DNA from: Actinomycetes bacterium
Lineage (GTDB): Bacteria; Actinomycetota; Acidimicrobiia; Spongiisociales; UBA5794
Direction of reading: 5' to 3'
Length of the DNA stretch: 31,885 bases
NCBI GenBank assembly: GCA_023336855.1
Contig: JAMBLK010000224.1
Location: 1-31,885 of the forward strand
A program made the position numbers and the translations under genes. This document shows, piece by piece, positions 8,371 to 16,506 of this stretch. The notes under the pieces are model-generated. The model made no database searches, was not told where the DNA came from, and worked only from the letters and a program-made list of their open reading frames with translations. How positions within the stretch are numbered: the first letter of the stretch is position 1; each line of letters opens with the position of its first letter.

Positions 8371-9195
8371 ATGAAACCGACTGTTGCCATTCTCGGAGCC
8401 GGGGCGATGGGAGAGACGTTCAGTGTCGGCTTGCTCCGTGCGGGCTGGGAGACGAGCGACCTCTCCATCGCCGACCGTCGGCCCGAGCGGATCAGAGAGG
8501 TCGAGTTCCTCACCGGGATTACCGCGACCCTTGATGCCGCGGAGGCGGCAGCAGGGAAGAGGGTGATCGTGGTCGCGGTCAAGCCGAAGGACGTGCCGGG
8601 ACTCATAGAGTCGATTCGCGAAGCTCTCACGCCGGACCAGGTCATCGTCTCGATAGCCGCCGGTGTAACGATCGACTCGTATGAGAAGGCGCTCCCGGAT
8701 ATCCCGATCGTTCGCTCCATGCCGAACACGCCGGCTGCGATAGATGAGGGCATGACCGCCTACTGCGGCGGCGCGCATGCCGATGCCGAAGCGATCAGTG
8801 ACGCCGCAGCGGTCCTCGGGGCCGTCGGCGAAACGATCGAATTGTCCGAGGACCTGCTCGATGCCGTGACGGCCGTGTCCGGGACCGGTCCGGCGTATGT
8901 ATTTCTCCTGGCCGAAGCCATGACTGAGGCGGCGATTCGCGAGGGACTCCCGCACTATGCAGCCGAGCGCCTCGTCCACCAGACCCTGCGAGGAGCGGGC
9001 ATGTTGCTCGCCGGATCCGAGAAGAGTGCGTTCCGTCTGCGAGGAAATGTGACCTCACCTGGTGGGACGACCGCTGCCGCCATCTACGCCCTCGAAGAGG
9101 GTGGGTTCCGCACGCTGATGGAGGACGCGATCCGTGCAGCAGCGCGGCGATCCCGCGAACTCGGCAAGCGTGCGTCTGGGGATTCCACAGAGTGA
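8371..9195 (+). CDS. proC: Pyrroline-5-carboxylate reductase
   Basis: ILGAGAMG Rossmann motif, AVKP, SIAAGV, RSMPNTPA, AVSGTGPAY, VTSPGGTT. Confidence 0.96.
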   Translation: MKPTVAILGAGAMGETFSVGLLRAGWETSDLSIADRRPERIREVEFLTGITATLDAAEAAAGKRVIVVAVKPKDVPGLIESIREALTPDQVIVSIAAGVTIDSYEKALPDIPIVRSMPNTPAAIDEGMTAYCGGAHADAEAISDAAAVLGAVGETIELSEDLLDAVTAVSGTGPAYVFLLAEAMTEAAIREGLPHYAAERLVHQTLRGAGMLLAGSEKSAFRLRGNVTSPGGTTAAAIYALEEGGFRTLMEDAIRAAARRSRELGKRASGDSTE

Positions 9196-10103
9196 ACATC
9201 GTCGGTCGCAGTGTGCTCGCGGTCACCGGTCGTTCATCAGTCAGGAAGCTCTTCTCCGAGTCTGGAGCGGGGCGTCGTCTGTCGCTTCGTTTCGTCGCAG
9301 GAGAAACCATCGATGAAGCGGTCGCTGCCGCGCGAACTCTGAACGAGATGGGGGCTCAGGTTTCGCTTGATCATCTTGGAGAACACGTGACCGATGTGGC
9401 GGCTGCCGTTGCCGCTCGTGACGACTACCTGCAGTGTCTTGACAGGATCCACGAAAGTGGCATCGATGCCAACATCTCCGTGAAGCTGACCCAACTCGGA
9501 CTCGGTCTCGACGATGATCTCACCGTCGAATCCCTGGACGCGCTTGCAGCCCGAGCTGCCGATGCCGGGACGACGGTGACCGTCGACATGGAGGAGTCTG
9601 AACTCGTCGAGAAGACCGTCGCCGCGTTCGAGACGGTTCAGGACCGACATGGAAACGTGGGTATCGCCGTCCAGAGCTACCTCTATCGCACCCCAGCCGA
9701 TCTCGACCGCATCGTGGTGCACGGCGGTCACGTACGGCTCTGCAAAGGGGCCTACGCCGAACCGGCGGAGGTCGCTCATCAAGACAGAGATCGAGTCAAT
9801 GCCGCTTTCGATACGCTCACCCGACGACTGATGGCCACCCCGGGGATCACTCCGGCGATCGCTACTCACGACGACGAGCGGATCGACCTTGCGAAAGGAC
9901 TCGCTGAGGGCCGTTCGCGCCCGTGGGAATTCCAAATGCTCTACGGCGTGCGTCGGAACCTGCAACGATCGCTTCTCGACGAAGGGCATCCGGTCCGTGT
10001 CTACGTGCCATACGGCTCTGCCTGGTATCCGTATCTCACACGAAGGATGGCCGAGCGTCCCGCCAATGTGGCGTTCTTCGTGCGGGCCGCAGTCGGGAAG
10101 TAG
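9192..10103 (+). CDS. Monofunctional proline dehydrogenase
   Basis: RFVAGET, SLDHLGE, ISVKLTQLG, VDME, VRLCKGAY.EP, IATHD, EFQMLYG, RVYVPYG..WYPY..RRMAERPAN. Confidence 0.95.
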   Translation: MNIVGRSVLAVTGRSSVRKLFSESGAGRRLSLRFVAGETIDEAVAAARTLNEMGAQVSLDHLGEHVTDVAAAVAARDDYLQCLDRIHESGIDANISVKLTQLGLGLDDDLTVESLDALAARAADAGTTVTVDMEESELVEKTVAAFETVQDRHGNVGIAVQSYLYRTPADLDRIVVHGGHVRLCKGAYAEPAEVAHQDRDRVNAAFDTLTRRLMATPGITPAIATHDDERIDLAKGLAEGRSRPWEFQMLYGVRRNLQRSLLDEGHPVRVYVPYGSAWYPYLTRRMAERPANVAFFVRAAVGK

Positions 10104-10138
10104 GCGGTCGTCTCGATGATTGCCGGTACCCTCATCTC

Positions 10139-11209
10139 ATGAAACGCCTGATCCTCGCTGCCGTCGCACTGGTCTTCCTCGTTGCCGCCGCTCAACCTGC
10201 CGACGTCGCTCCGATACTCGAAGTTCAAGGATTTTTCGTCGAAGACGGGTCGGATGCCGACCCGGATGCCATTGAAGACGCAGTTGCCGCGGCCCGGTTC
10301 GAAGGAGGGCGCCTCTCGATTGCGGTTCTCGCCGTCGAGCCCTCCGGAGGCGCCACGATCTACGCCGAGAACACACTCGATGCAATGGGCGGGACGGGCA
10401 CCGTTCTCGTTGTCGCTCCCGAGACGGTGGGATGGGGCTCCGAGGGGGACATCTACACACGCGAGCAACTCGATGAGGCCACCGATGTCTCTCTCAACGG
10501 AGCATCGGACATCGAGGTTGTAGAACTGTTCGTCGCGACGCTCATCGGCCAGCCGGTCGGGGGCTCCGATCCCGGAGGGGCCGGTGCGCTTCCCTTGGGA
10601 TGGATATTCCTCCTGATCGTCATCGCGGGCGGAGCACTCGTTCTCTGGCTGTCCTCCCGGTCCTCGAAGAAGGACGCAGCGCGAGCGATCGAGGATGCAA
10701 GGGTCGAGGTCAAGAAGCGCCTCGACGCCGTTGCGAACGACATCATCGATCTCGAAGACGAAGTCAGAGCTTCGACAGATCCGGCCGTCGAGGTCCTCTA
10801 CGAGTCCGCGACCGTCGCCTATGCCCAAGCGCTCGATACATACCAAGGGGCGGCTTCGCCGGAGGAACTCATCGCCACGGCAGAGGAATTGGACATGGCG
10901 ATCTGGCGACTCGACAGTGTGGAGGCACTCCTCGACGGCGAAGAGCCTCCACCGAAGCCGGTGAAGCCTCAACCGGCGGCTCCCCCACGAGGAGCCGCTC
11001 CGTCATTGACGCCTCCTCGTGTCCCGGCGCCCGTCTATCGGCGGTCTGAACACCGTCGATCTTCCGGTACGACGGCGATGATGACCGGCCTGTTGATGGG
11101 ATCGATGGCGTCGGCGCGTCGCTCTCCCCGCCGTTCGTCGAGTTCCGGCTCACGCTCAAGATCGACGGGCAGAACACGGATGCGAGGCGGAGGCCGTCGT
11201 AGGGGCTGA
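10139..11209 (+). CDS. Secreted/membrane protein: signal peptide, TPM-like extracellular domain, one TM helix, cytoplasmic helical region, Pro- and Arg/Ser/Gly-rich tail
   Basis: Start re-called at ATG 10139 (MKRLILAAVALVFLVAAA); TM LPLGWIFLLIVIAGGALVLWL. TPM assignment is from overall architecture only. Confidence 0.7.
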   Translation: MKRLILAAVALVFLVAAAQPADVAPILEVQGFFVEDGSDADPDAIEDAVAAARFEGGRLSIAVLAVEPSGGATIYAENTLDAMGGTGTVLVVAPETVGWGSEGDIYTREQLDEATDVSLNGASDIEVVELFVATLIGQPVGGSDPGGAGALPLGWIFLLIVIAGGALVLWLSSRSSKKDAARAIEDARVEVKKRLDAVANDIIDLEDEVRASTDPAVEVLYESATVAYAQALDTYQGAASPEELIATAEELDMAIWRLDSVEALLDGEEPPPKPVKPQPAAPPRGAAPSLTPPRVPAPVYRRSEHRRSSGTTAMMTGLLMGSMASARRSPRRSSSSGSRSRSTGRTRMRGGGRRRG

Positions 11210-11254
11210 TATCGCACCTAATATCCGGGGCACCGCAAATACCACAAGAGAGGG

Positions 11255-12028
11255 ATGCGAATGTTCAAGAAATGGTGGCTGTACATCCAATCATGGTTCA
11301 AGTCGACCTCCGACGATATGATGAATCCCGAAATCGAGATCCAGGTGGCGATCGATCAGGCAAAGAAGAAGAACCAGGATCTTCGGAACCAGGCCGCCAA
11401 CATCGTGGCACACCGCACCCAACTCGAGACCAAGATCGAGAAGGCCGCGGACGAGGTCGGCGAGACCCGGGAGATGGCCAAGCAGGCGATCCTCAAGGCT
11501 GAGGAGTCCAAGGCTGCCGGGGATTCTGCCGGAGTTGCCAAGTGGACGAACATCGCTCAGGCCCAGGCGACGAAGCTGCAGGGTGCAGAGAACAATCTGA
11601 CGTCCCTCAAGGGTCAGTACGGGACGGCGATCACACAGGCCGACGAGGCCAAGCGCGCCGTGCAGGCCAACGCCGTGAAACTCCAGGAACTCTCCGCGAA
11701 GCAGATGGAACTGCTTGGTGCACTCGAGCAGGCGAAGATGCAAGAGACGGTCAATGCTGCCGTCCAATCGATGTCGGCGACGCTTGACGACGAACTGCCA
11801 ACCCTCGAGTCGGTTGAGGACAAGATCGAGAAGCGCAAGGCACAGGCGATGGCGAAGGCCGAGATCTTCGAAGCAACACCCGAAGGTGGCGAAGCCGAGT
11901 TGCGTCAGGCAATGAACGAGGCACAGGCAGACGCCAAACTCGAAGAGTTGAAGGCCGAGTTGGGTCTCACGACCGGTGGAGAAGCCACACAGTCCGACAG
12001 TGGAGAAGCCACGGGACTCGAGGCGTAG
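11255..12028 (+). CDS. pspA: PspA/IM30 (Vipp1/ESCRT-III-like) family protein
   Basis: Amphipathic N-helix MFKKWWLYIQSWF, long coiled coil (PE..I..AI.......L...AA.IVA....LE), LL..LEQAKMQE motif. Start is 11255 or 11261. Confidence 0.9.
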   Translation: MRMFKKWWLYIQSWFKSTSDDMMNPEIEIQVAIDQAKKKNQDLRNQAANIVAHRTQLETKIEKAADEVGETREMAKQAILKAEESKAAGDSAGVAKWTNIAQAQATKLQGAENNLTSLKGQYGTAITQADEAKRAVQANAVKLQELSAKQMELLGALEQAKMQETVNAAVQSMSATLDDELPTLESVEDKIEKRKAQAMAKAEIFEATPEGGEAELRQAMNEAQADAKLEELKAELGLTTGGEATQSDSGEATGLEA

Positions 12029-12077
12029 GTACAACCCGTTCGAGTCGCTGCCAAGGCGCTCGAAGGAGCGTGAGTTG

Positions 12078-13772
12078 ATGACCATGCCAACAGATCTCGA
12101 GATCGCACGCGGTGCGAATCTTCGACGGATCGAGGACATCGCCGAGGAGATGGGTATCCCGTCCGACAGCGTCGAACATCACGGCCGCGAAATGGCAAAG
12201 ATCTCGCTGTCGGCGATCGACCAGATGGGTCCTCCCCGGGCGAAGTACGTGCTGGTCACTGCAACGAACCCGACTCCGCTCGGTGAGGGCAAGACAACGA
12301 TCGCAATCGGCCTCGCTCAGGGGTTCAAGCACATCGACCGGCAGGCGGTGGTGACGCTGCGACAACCGTCGCTCGGGCCCACGTTCGGGATCAAGGGTGG
12401 AGCGGCCGGAGGCGGCTTCTCGCAGGTCGTGCCGATGGAAGAGATGAACCTTCACCTCACCGGAGACTTCCACGCCATCACGGCGGCGAACAACCTCATC
12501 TCAGCGCTCATCGACAACCACATCTACAGGGGCAATCAGCTATCCCTCGGCGCCGATGACGTGACGTGGAAACGTGTGCTCGACATGAACGACCGGGCGC
12601 TGCGGGACATCGTCACGGGATTGGGCGGGAAGATCAACGGTGTTCCACGAGAGACCGGATTCGATATCACCGCGGCGTCGGAGGTCATGGCCATGCTCGG
12701 TCTCGCCACGAGCCTTCAGGATCTTCGGGAGCGGCTCGGGCGCACCGTAATCGGATACGACCGCCACCGAGAACCTGTCACCGCCGAAGACCTGAAGGCA
12801 GCCGGTGCGGCGGCGGTGCTTCTCAAGGACGCGCTGTCTCCCAACCTGATGCAGACGCTCGAGGGCACACCGGCCATCGTGCACACCGGCCCCTTCGCGA
12901 ACATCGCCCATGGCAACTCGTCGGTCGTGGGCGACTTCGTCGGCATCCGAGGCGGGGACTACCTGATCACTGAAGCGGGCTTCGGCTCGGACATCGGGGC
13001 CGAGAAGCTTTTCAACATCAAGAGCCGCGTCTCGGGTCTCGAGCCGGATGCGGCGGTGATCGTGACCACGGTTCGCACGATGAAGTTCCACTCCGGCAAC
13101 TACGCGATTCGAGCCGGCCGGCCGCTCCCCGACGAGTTGCTCCGTGAGAATCCGGATGATGTCGCCGCCGGGACGGCGAACCTCAGGCGGCACATCGCAA
13201 TCGTGCGGCGCCATGGCGTCACTCCCGTCGTTGCGATCAATGCGTTTCCCACGGATCACCCGTCCGAGCATGAGGCGATCAGTCGCGTCTGTGACGAAGA
13301 GGGCGTTCGGTGGGCGGTTGCTCAACCGCACGCTGAGGGTGGTCCCGGCATGGCGGATCTGGCCAGAGCCGTCGAAGACGCTGTGGCTGAGGACTCGCAG
13401 TTCGAACTGCTGTATCCCGACGAGATGCCCTTGCGGGAGAAGATCGAAACGATCGCTACCGACGTCTACGGTGCCGGCGGAGTGAAGTTCGATGCGAAAG
13501 CCGAGCGCCAACTCGCTCGCTACGAGGAACTCGGTTGGGGACACCTCCCGATCTGCATGGCCAAGACCCAGTACTCGTTGAGTCACGACGCATCGCTCCT
13601 CGGTGCTCCCACCGGTTGGATCCTCCGGGTCCGAGAGGTGCAGGCTTCAGTCGGCGCTGGTTTCATCCTCCCCCTGACGGGGACGATCAACCGCATGCCC
13701 GGCCTCGGATCTCACCCCTCGGCTCACAGCATCGACATCGACGAAGACGGGAAAGTGGTGGGGCTGAGCTGA
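12078..13772 (+). CDS. fhs: Formate--tetrahydrofolate ligase
   Basis: Start re-called at ATG 12078 behind AAGGAG; TATNPTPLGEGKTT, RQPSLGPTFGIKGGAAGGG, HTGPFANIAHG, TEAGFG, CMAKTQYS, MPGL. Confidence 0.97.
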   Translation: MTMPTDLEIARGANLRRIEDIAEEMGIPSDSVEHHGREMAKISLSAIDQMGPPRAKYVLVTATNPTPLGEGKTTIAIGLAQGFKHIDRQAVVTLRQPSLGPTFGIKGGAAGGGFSQVVPMEEMNLHLTGDFHAITAANNLISALIDNHIYRGNQLSLGADDVTWKRVLDMNDRALRDIVTGLGGKINGVPRETGFDITAASEVMAMLGLATSLQDLRERLGRTVIGYDRHREPVTAEDLKAAGAAAVLLKDALSPNLMQTLEGTPAIVHTGPFANIAHGNSSVVGDFVGIRGGDYLITEAGFGSDIGAEKLFNIKSRVSGLEPDAAVIVTTVRTMKFHSGNYAIRAGRPLPDELLRENPDDVAAGTANLRRHIAIVRRHGVTPVVAINAFPTDHPSEHEAISRVCDEEGVRWAVAQPHAEGGPGMADLARAVEDAVAEDSQFELLYPDEMPLREKIETIATDVYGAGGVKFDAKAERQLARYEELGWGHLPICMAKTQYSLSHDASLLGAPTGWILRVREVQASVGAGFILPLTGTINRMPGLGSHPSAHSIDIDEDGKVVGLS

Positions 13773-13775
13773 GCG

Positions 13776-13800
13776 GGCAACAGGCAACAGGTGACAGGCA
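13776..13800 (+). repeat. Tandem heptamer array, left arm (GGYRACA x3.5)
   Basis: GGCAACA GGCAACA GGTGACA GGCA, beginning 3 nt after the fhs stop codon. Confidence 0.85.
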
Positions 13801-13865
13801 GATCCAGCGCTGAGGGTCGATCGAACCTATATGGGTGAAGGTGTTGTTGTGGTAGTTGTGAGGGC

Positions 13866-14221
13866 GTGCGGAACTATCGACAGTACGAGATCTGGAAGCT
13901 GAGCCACGAGCTCGCCCTCTCGTCTATCGCGTTGTCCGATCATTCCCCAGCGAAGAGCCTTACGGGATGTCGAGCCAAATGCAGCGGGCGGCGGTGTCCG
14001 TGCCTGCCAATATCGCTGAAGGATCTGGCCGCCCTTCGTATGCGGACTTCGCTCGGTTCCTCGGAATCGCTCTGGGGTCGCTAAGCGAAGTGGACTACTA
14101 CACGCTGATGGCCAAAGATCTCGGGTACATCGACACGGCAACTGCGGATGGCCTGAGTCCGTGTATCGCCGACCTGCACCGGATGATGACACGCTTCCGT
14201 GCGACGGTGATCGACCGGTAG
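13866..14221 (+). pseudogene. Four-helix-bundle protein (23S rRNA IVS protein / bAvd-like family), split by a 1-nt frameshift
   Basis: Frame 1: MRNYRQYEIWKLSHELAL. After 2 orphan bases (13920-13921) frame 2 continues VYRVVRSFPSEEPYGMSSQMQRAAVSVPANIAEG...F.RFLGIALGSLSEVDY..LMAKDLGYI, the family consensus. Confidence 0.88.
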
Positions 14222-14227
14222 GTCGAA

Positions 14228-14264
14228 CCTGTCGCCTGTCGCCTGTCGCCTGTCGCCTGTCACC
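14228..14264 (-). repeat. Tandem heptamer array, right arm, inverted relative to the left arm
   Basis: (CCTGTCG)x4 CCTGTCA CC; reverse complement is GGTGACA (GGCGACA)x4 GG, the same GGYRACA unit. Confidence 0.92.
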
Positions 14265-14325
14265 CCGTGGCTGGCCCCTCTGTCCCGTTCTCTACACTGA
14301 CCTCCGAACCCACAGGAGGCATGTG

Positions 14326-16506
14326 TTGACCACCACTGAGACGCCGCCGGACAGCGACGAGAAGCGCGACGGGTGGAAGGTCATGCCGAGCCGGATTCTT
14401 GCGATTCTGGCCGGGTTGTCGGTCGTGGGGACGCTGATCTTCTGGTGGCTGGGGTCACTTCCGGAAGAGCCTCACTTCGACATCGGCCGTCCGATCTTCG
14501 GGAACATCCCCGCTGTGATCGTTGCCCTTTTCTACGTGACGATCGCCACGTTCCTCGGTGTCATGTTCTACCTCTTCGCCCAACGGGCGAGGAGTTGGGA
14601 GCGGGGACTCTGGGAGAGCCGATCGGGCATGTGGAAGCAGCGCCTGATCGGATTCCGCGATGCCCTGCTGATGCGCACAGTCCTCGAGGACCGCCAAGCC
14701 GGTCTCATGCACTCGATGATCTACTGGGGATTCATCGTCCTCATGATCGGGACCGCCACGCTCGAACTCGACCACATCCTCCCGAGCAGCATGAAGTTCC
14801 TCCACGGCTGGTTCTACCAGGGCTACTCGGCGGTGCTCGATCTGGCAGCGGTTGTGTTCGTCGCCGGAATCGCGTGGGCCTTCGTACGCCGATACGTGCA
14901 GAAGCCGTGGCGCCTCAGGACCAAGACGCGCCCAGAGGATGGCTGGATACTCTTCACCCTCGGATTGATCGGTGTGTCCGGTCTCCTCACCGAGGCTGCC
15001 CGGATTTCGCTGATCGGCCAGCCGTCGTTCGAGGTCTGGTCGTTCGTCGGTTACCCCCTCTCCTATCTGGTCCCGTCGGCGACGGCGGCCGGCTGGCATC
15101 AGACGTTCTGGATCATCCACGCGGTGGCGTTCGTCGCTTTCCTCGTCATACTTCCAACGACAAAGCTCCGCCATGTCGTCACCACGCCGACGAACCTGGC
15201 ATTGGCACCCCGCGATCGGCCGAAGGGTGCCATGAGCGCGGTGCCGAACCTCATGGAGGCGGAGGACATCGAGGTCATCGGCGCATCCACGGTCGCTGAG
15301 TTCACCTGGAAGCAACTCTTCGACACCGATGCGTGCACCGTGTGCGGTCGTTGCACCGATGTCTGTCCCGCGAGCCAGACGGGCAAGCCACTCGATCCGC
15401 GGGAGATCGTTCTCAAACTGGGACAGGTCGCTGCGCAGACGACTGCCGACCCCGTCTCGCCGACGGTGAGCGTCGACGGCGATCTCACCGTCTCGTCGGA
15501 TCTCGTGTTCGAGAGGATCACTTCCGAGGAGCTGTGGTCCTGCACGACCTGCCGAGCCTGCGATGAGGCCTGTCCGGCAGGCCTCGAGATCGTCGACAAG
15601 ATCCTCGACATGCGCCGATACCTCTCGCTGATGGAGGCAGAGTTCCCGTCGGAGCTCGGCAAGGCATACGTCAGCCTGGAGAACTCCTCCAACATCTACG
15701 GGATGGATCAGACGACCCGTGGGGATTGGGTCAAGGAGCTCGATTTCGAGGTCAAGTTCCTCGACGACCCGGGAGTCACAGCGGAGTACCTCTACTGGGT
15801 GGGCTGCGCCGGATCGTTCGACGACCGGAACAAGAAGGTCACGATCGCAACGGCGAAGCTCCTCCACGAAGCCGATGTCGACTTCGCGATCCTCGGGAAG
15901 AAGGAGCTCTGCACGGGCGACCCCGCCCGTCGAACGGGCAACGAGTACGTGTTCCAGGGTCTCGCACTGCAGAACATCGAGACGCTGAACGATCTCGGGG
16001 TCACCAAGATCGTCACCCAGTGCCCGCACTGCTTCAACACCCTGAAGAACGAGTACCCGCAGTTCGGAGGGGACTACGAAACGATCCACCACTCCGACCT
16101 GCTGATGCGTCTCGTCGACGACGGAAGGATCAAGCCGAAGTCGAACGGGCAGACCGTGACCTTCCACGACCCCTGCTACCTCGGCCGCTACAACGACGTC
16201 TATGAGCAGCCCCGGGAGATCGTCGATGCGGTGGGGACGCGAGTTGAGATGCCGCGTGCCGAGAGCGACTCGTTCTGCTGCGGAGCCGGCGGCGGGAAGA
16301 TGTGGTTCGAGGAGGACACCGGCAAGAAGATCAACATCGAACGCACCGAGGAGGCCATCGCGTGCGGCACCGACGTCGTTGCGACGGGCTGCCCGTTCTG
16401 TTTTGTCATGATCGACGACGGTGTGCGCGACCTTGGCGTCGAAGAGACCGTCATCGTCAAAGACATCGCGATGCTCCTCGAGGAGAGCATCCGCTCTGAC
16501 GGGTGA
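14326..16506 (+). CDS. Membrane-bound Fe-S oxidoreductase (NarI-like TM + 2x[4Fe-4S] + 2 CCG domains; FadF/EtfD/HdrD-like)
   Basis: Start re-called at TTG 14326 (or GTG 14323) behind AGGAGG; CTVCGRCTDVCP and CTTCRACDEACP; YWVGC, ELCTG, TQCPHC, FHDPC.LGR, FCCGAGGG, TGCPFC; several TM helices with HSMIYWGF and HAVAF. Confidence 0.92.
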   Translation: MTTTETPPDSDEKRDGWKVMPSRILAILAGLSVVGTLIFWWLGSLPEEPHFDIGRPIFGNIPAVIVALFYVTIATFLGVMFYLFAQRARSWERGLWESRSGMWKQRLIGFRDALLMRTVLEDRQAGLMHSMIYWGFIVLMIGTATLELDHILPSSMKFLHGWFYQGYSAVLDLAAVVFVAGIAWAFVRRYVQKPWRLRTKTRPEDGWILFTLGLIGVSGLLTEAARISLIGQPSFEVWSFVGYPLSYLVPSATAAGWHQTFWIIHAVAFVAFLVILPTTKLRHVVTTPTNLALAPRDRPKGAMSAVPNLMEAEDIEVIGASTVAEFTWKQLFDTDACTVCGRCTDVCPASQTGKPLDPREIVLKLGQVAAQTTADPVSPTVSVDGDLTVSSDLVFERITSEELWSCTTCRACDEACPAGLEIVDKILDMRRYLSLMEAEFPSELGKAYVSLENSSNIYGMDQTTRGDWVKELDFEVKFLDDPGVTAEYLYWVGCAGSFDDRNKKVTIATAKLLHEADVDFAILGKKELCTGDPARRTGNEYVFQGLALQNIETLNDLGVTKIVTQCPHCFNTLKNEYPQFGGDYETIHHSDLLMRLVDDGRIKPKSNGQTVTFHDPCYLGRYNDVYEQPREIVDAVGTRVEMPRAESDSFCCGAGGGKMWFEEDTGKKINIERTEEAIACGTDVVATGCPFCFVMIDDGVRDLGVEETVIVKDIAMLLEESIRSDG

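Noticed and set aside
11976-12012. 13-bp direct repeat GTGGAGAAGCCAC in the pspA 3' end
   Set aside because: In-frame 24-nt duplication within a disordered tail (GEAT twice); no sign of a functional element.
12029-12077. ZTP or THF riboswitch upstream of fhs
   Set aside because: Only about 50 nt of intergenic space with one modest hairpin (TTCGAG...CTCGAA); no riboswitch consensus.
14081-14263. Minus-strand ORF MTGDRRQATGDR...
   Set aside because: Product of translating the heptamer array; antisense to the four-helix-bundle gene.
13776-14264. CRISPR array or diversity-generating retroelement
   Set aside because: Repeats are 7-nt tandem units without spacers and there are no cas genes; no reverse transcriptase or TR/VR pair accompanies the bAvd-like gene.
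13773-14270. True 23S rRNA intervening sequence
   Set aside because: The flanks are protein-coding genes; no rRNA-like sequence is present in the window.
14161-14325. N-terminal extension of the Fe-S oxidoreductase in the ORF track
   Set aside because: Runs through the four-helix gene end and the repeat array; a strong AGGAGG supports the start at 14326/14323.
14455-16167. 570-aa minus-strand ORF (also 7642-8979 minus, 17981-19069 plus, 12540-13586 minus and similar)
   Set aside because: Antisense shadows of well-supported genes, expected in high-GC DNA; no recognisable motifs.
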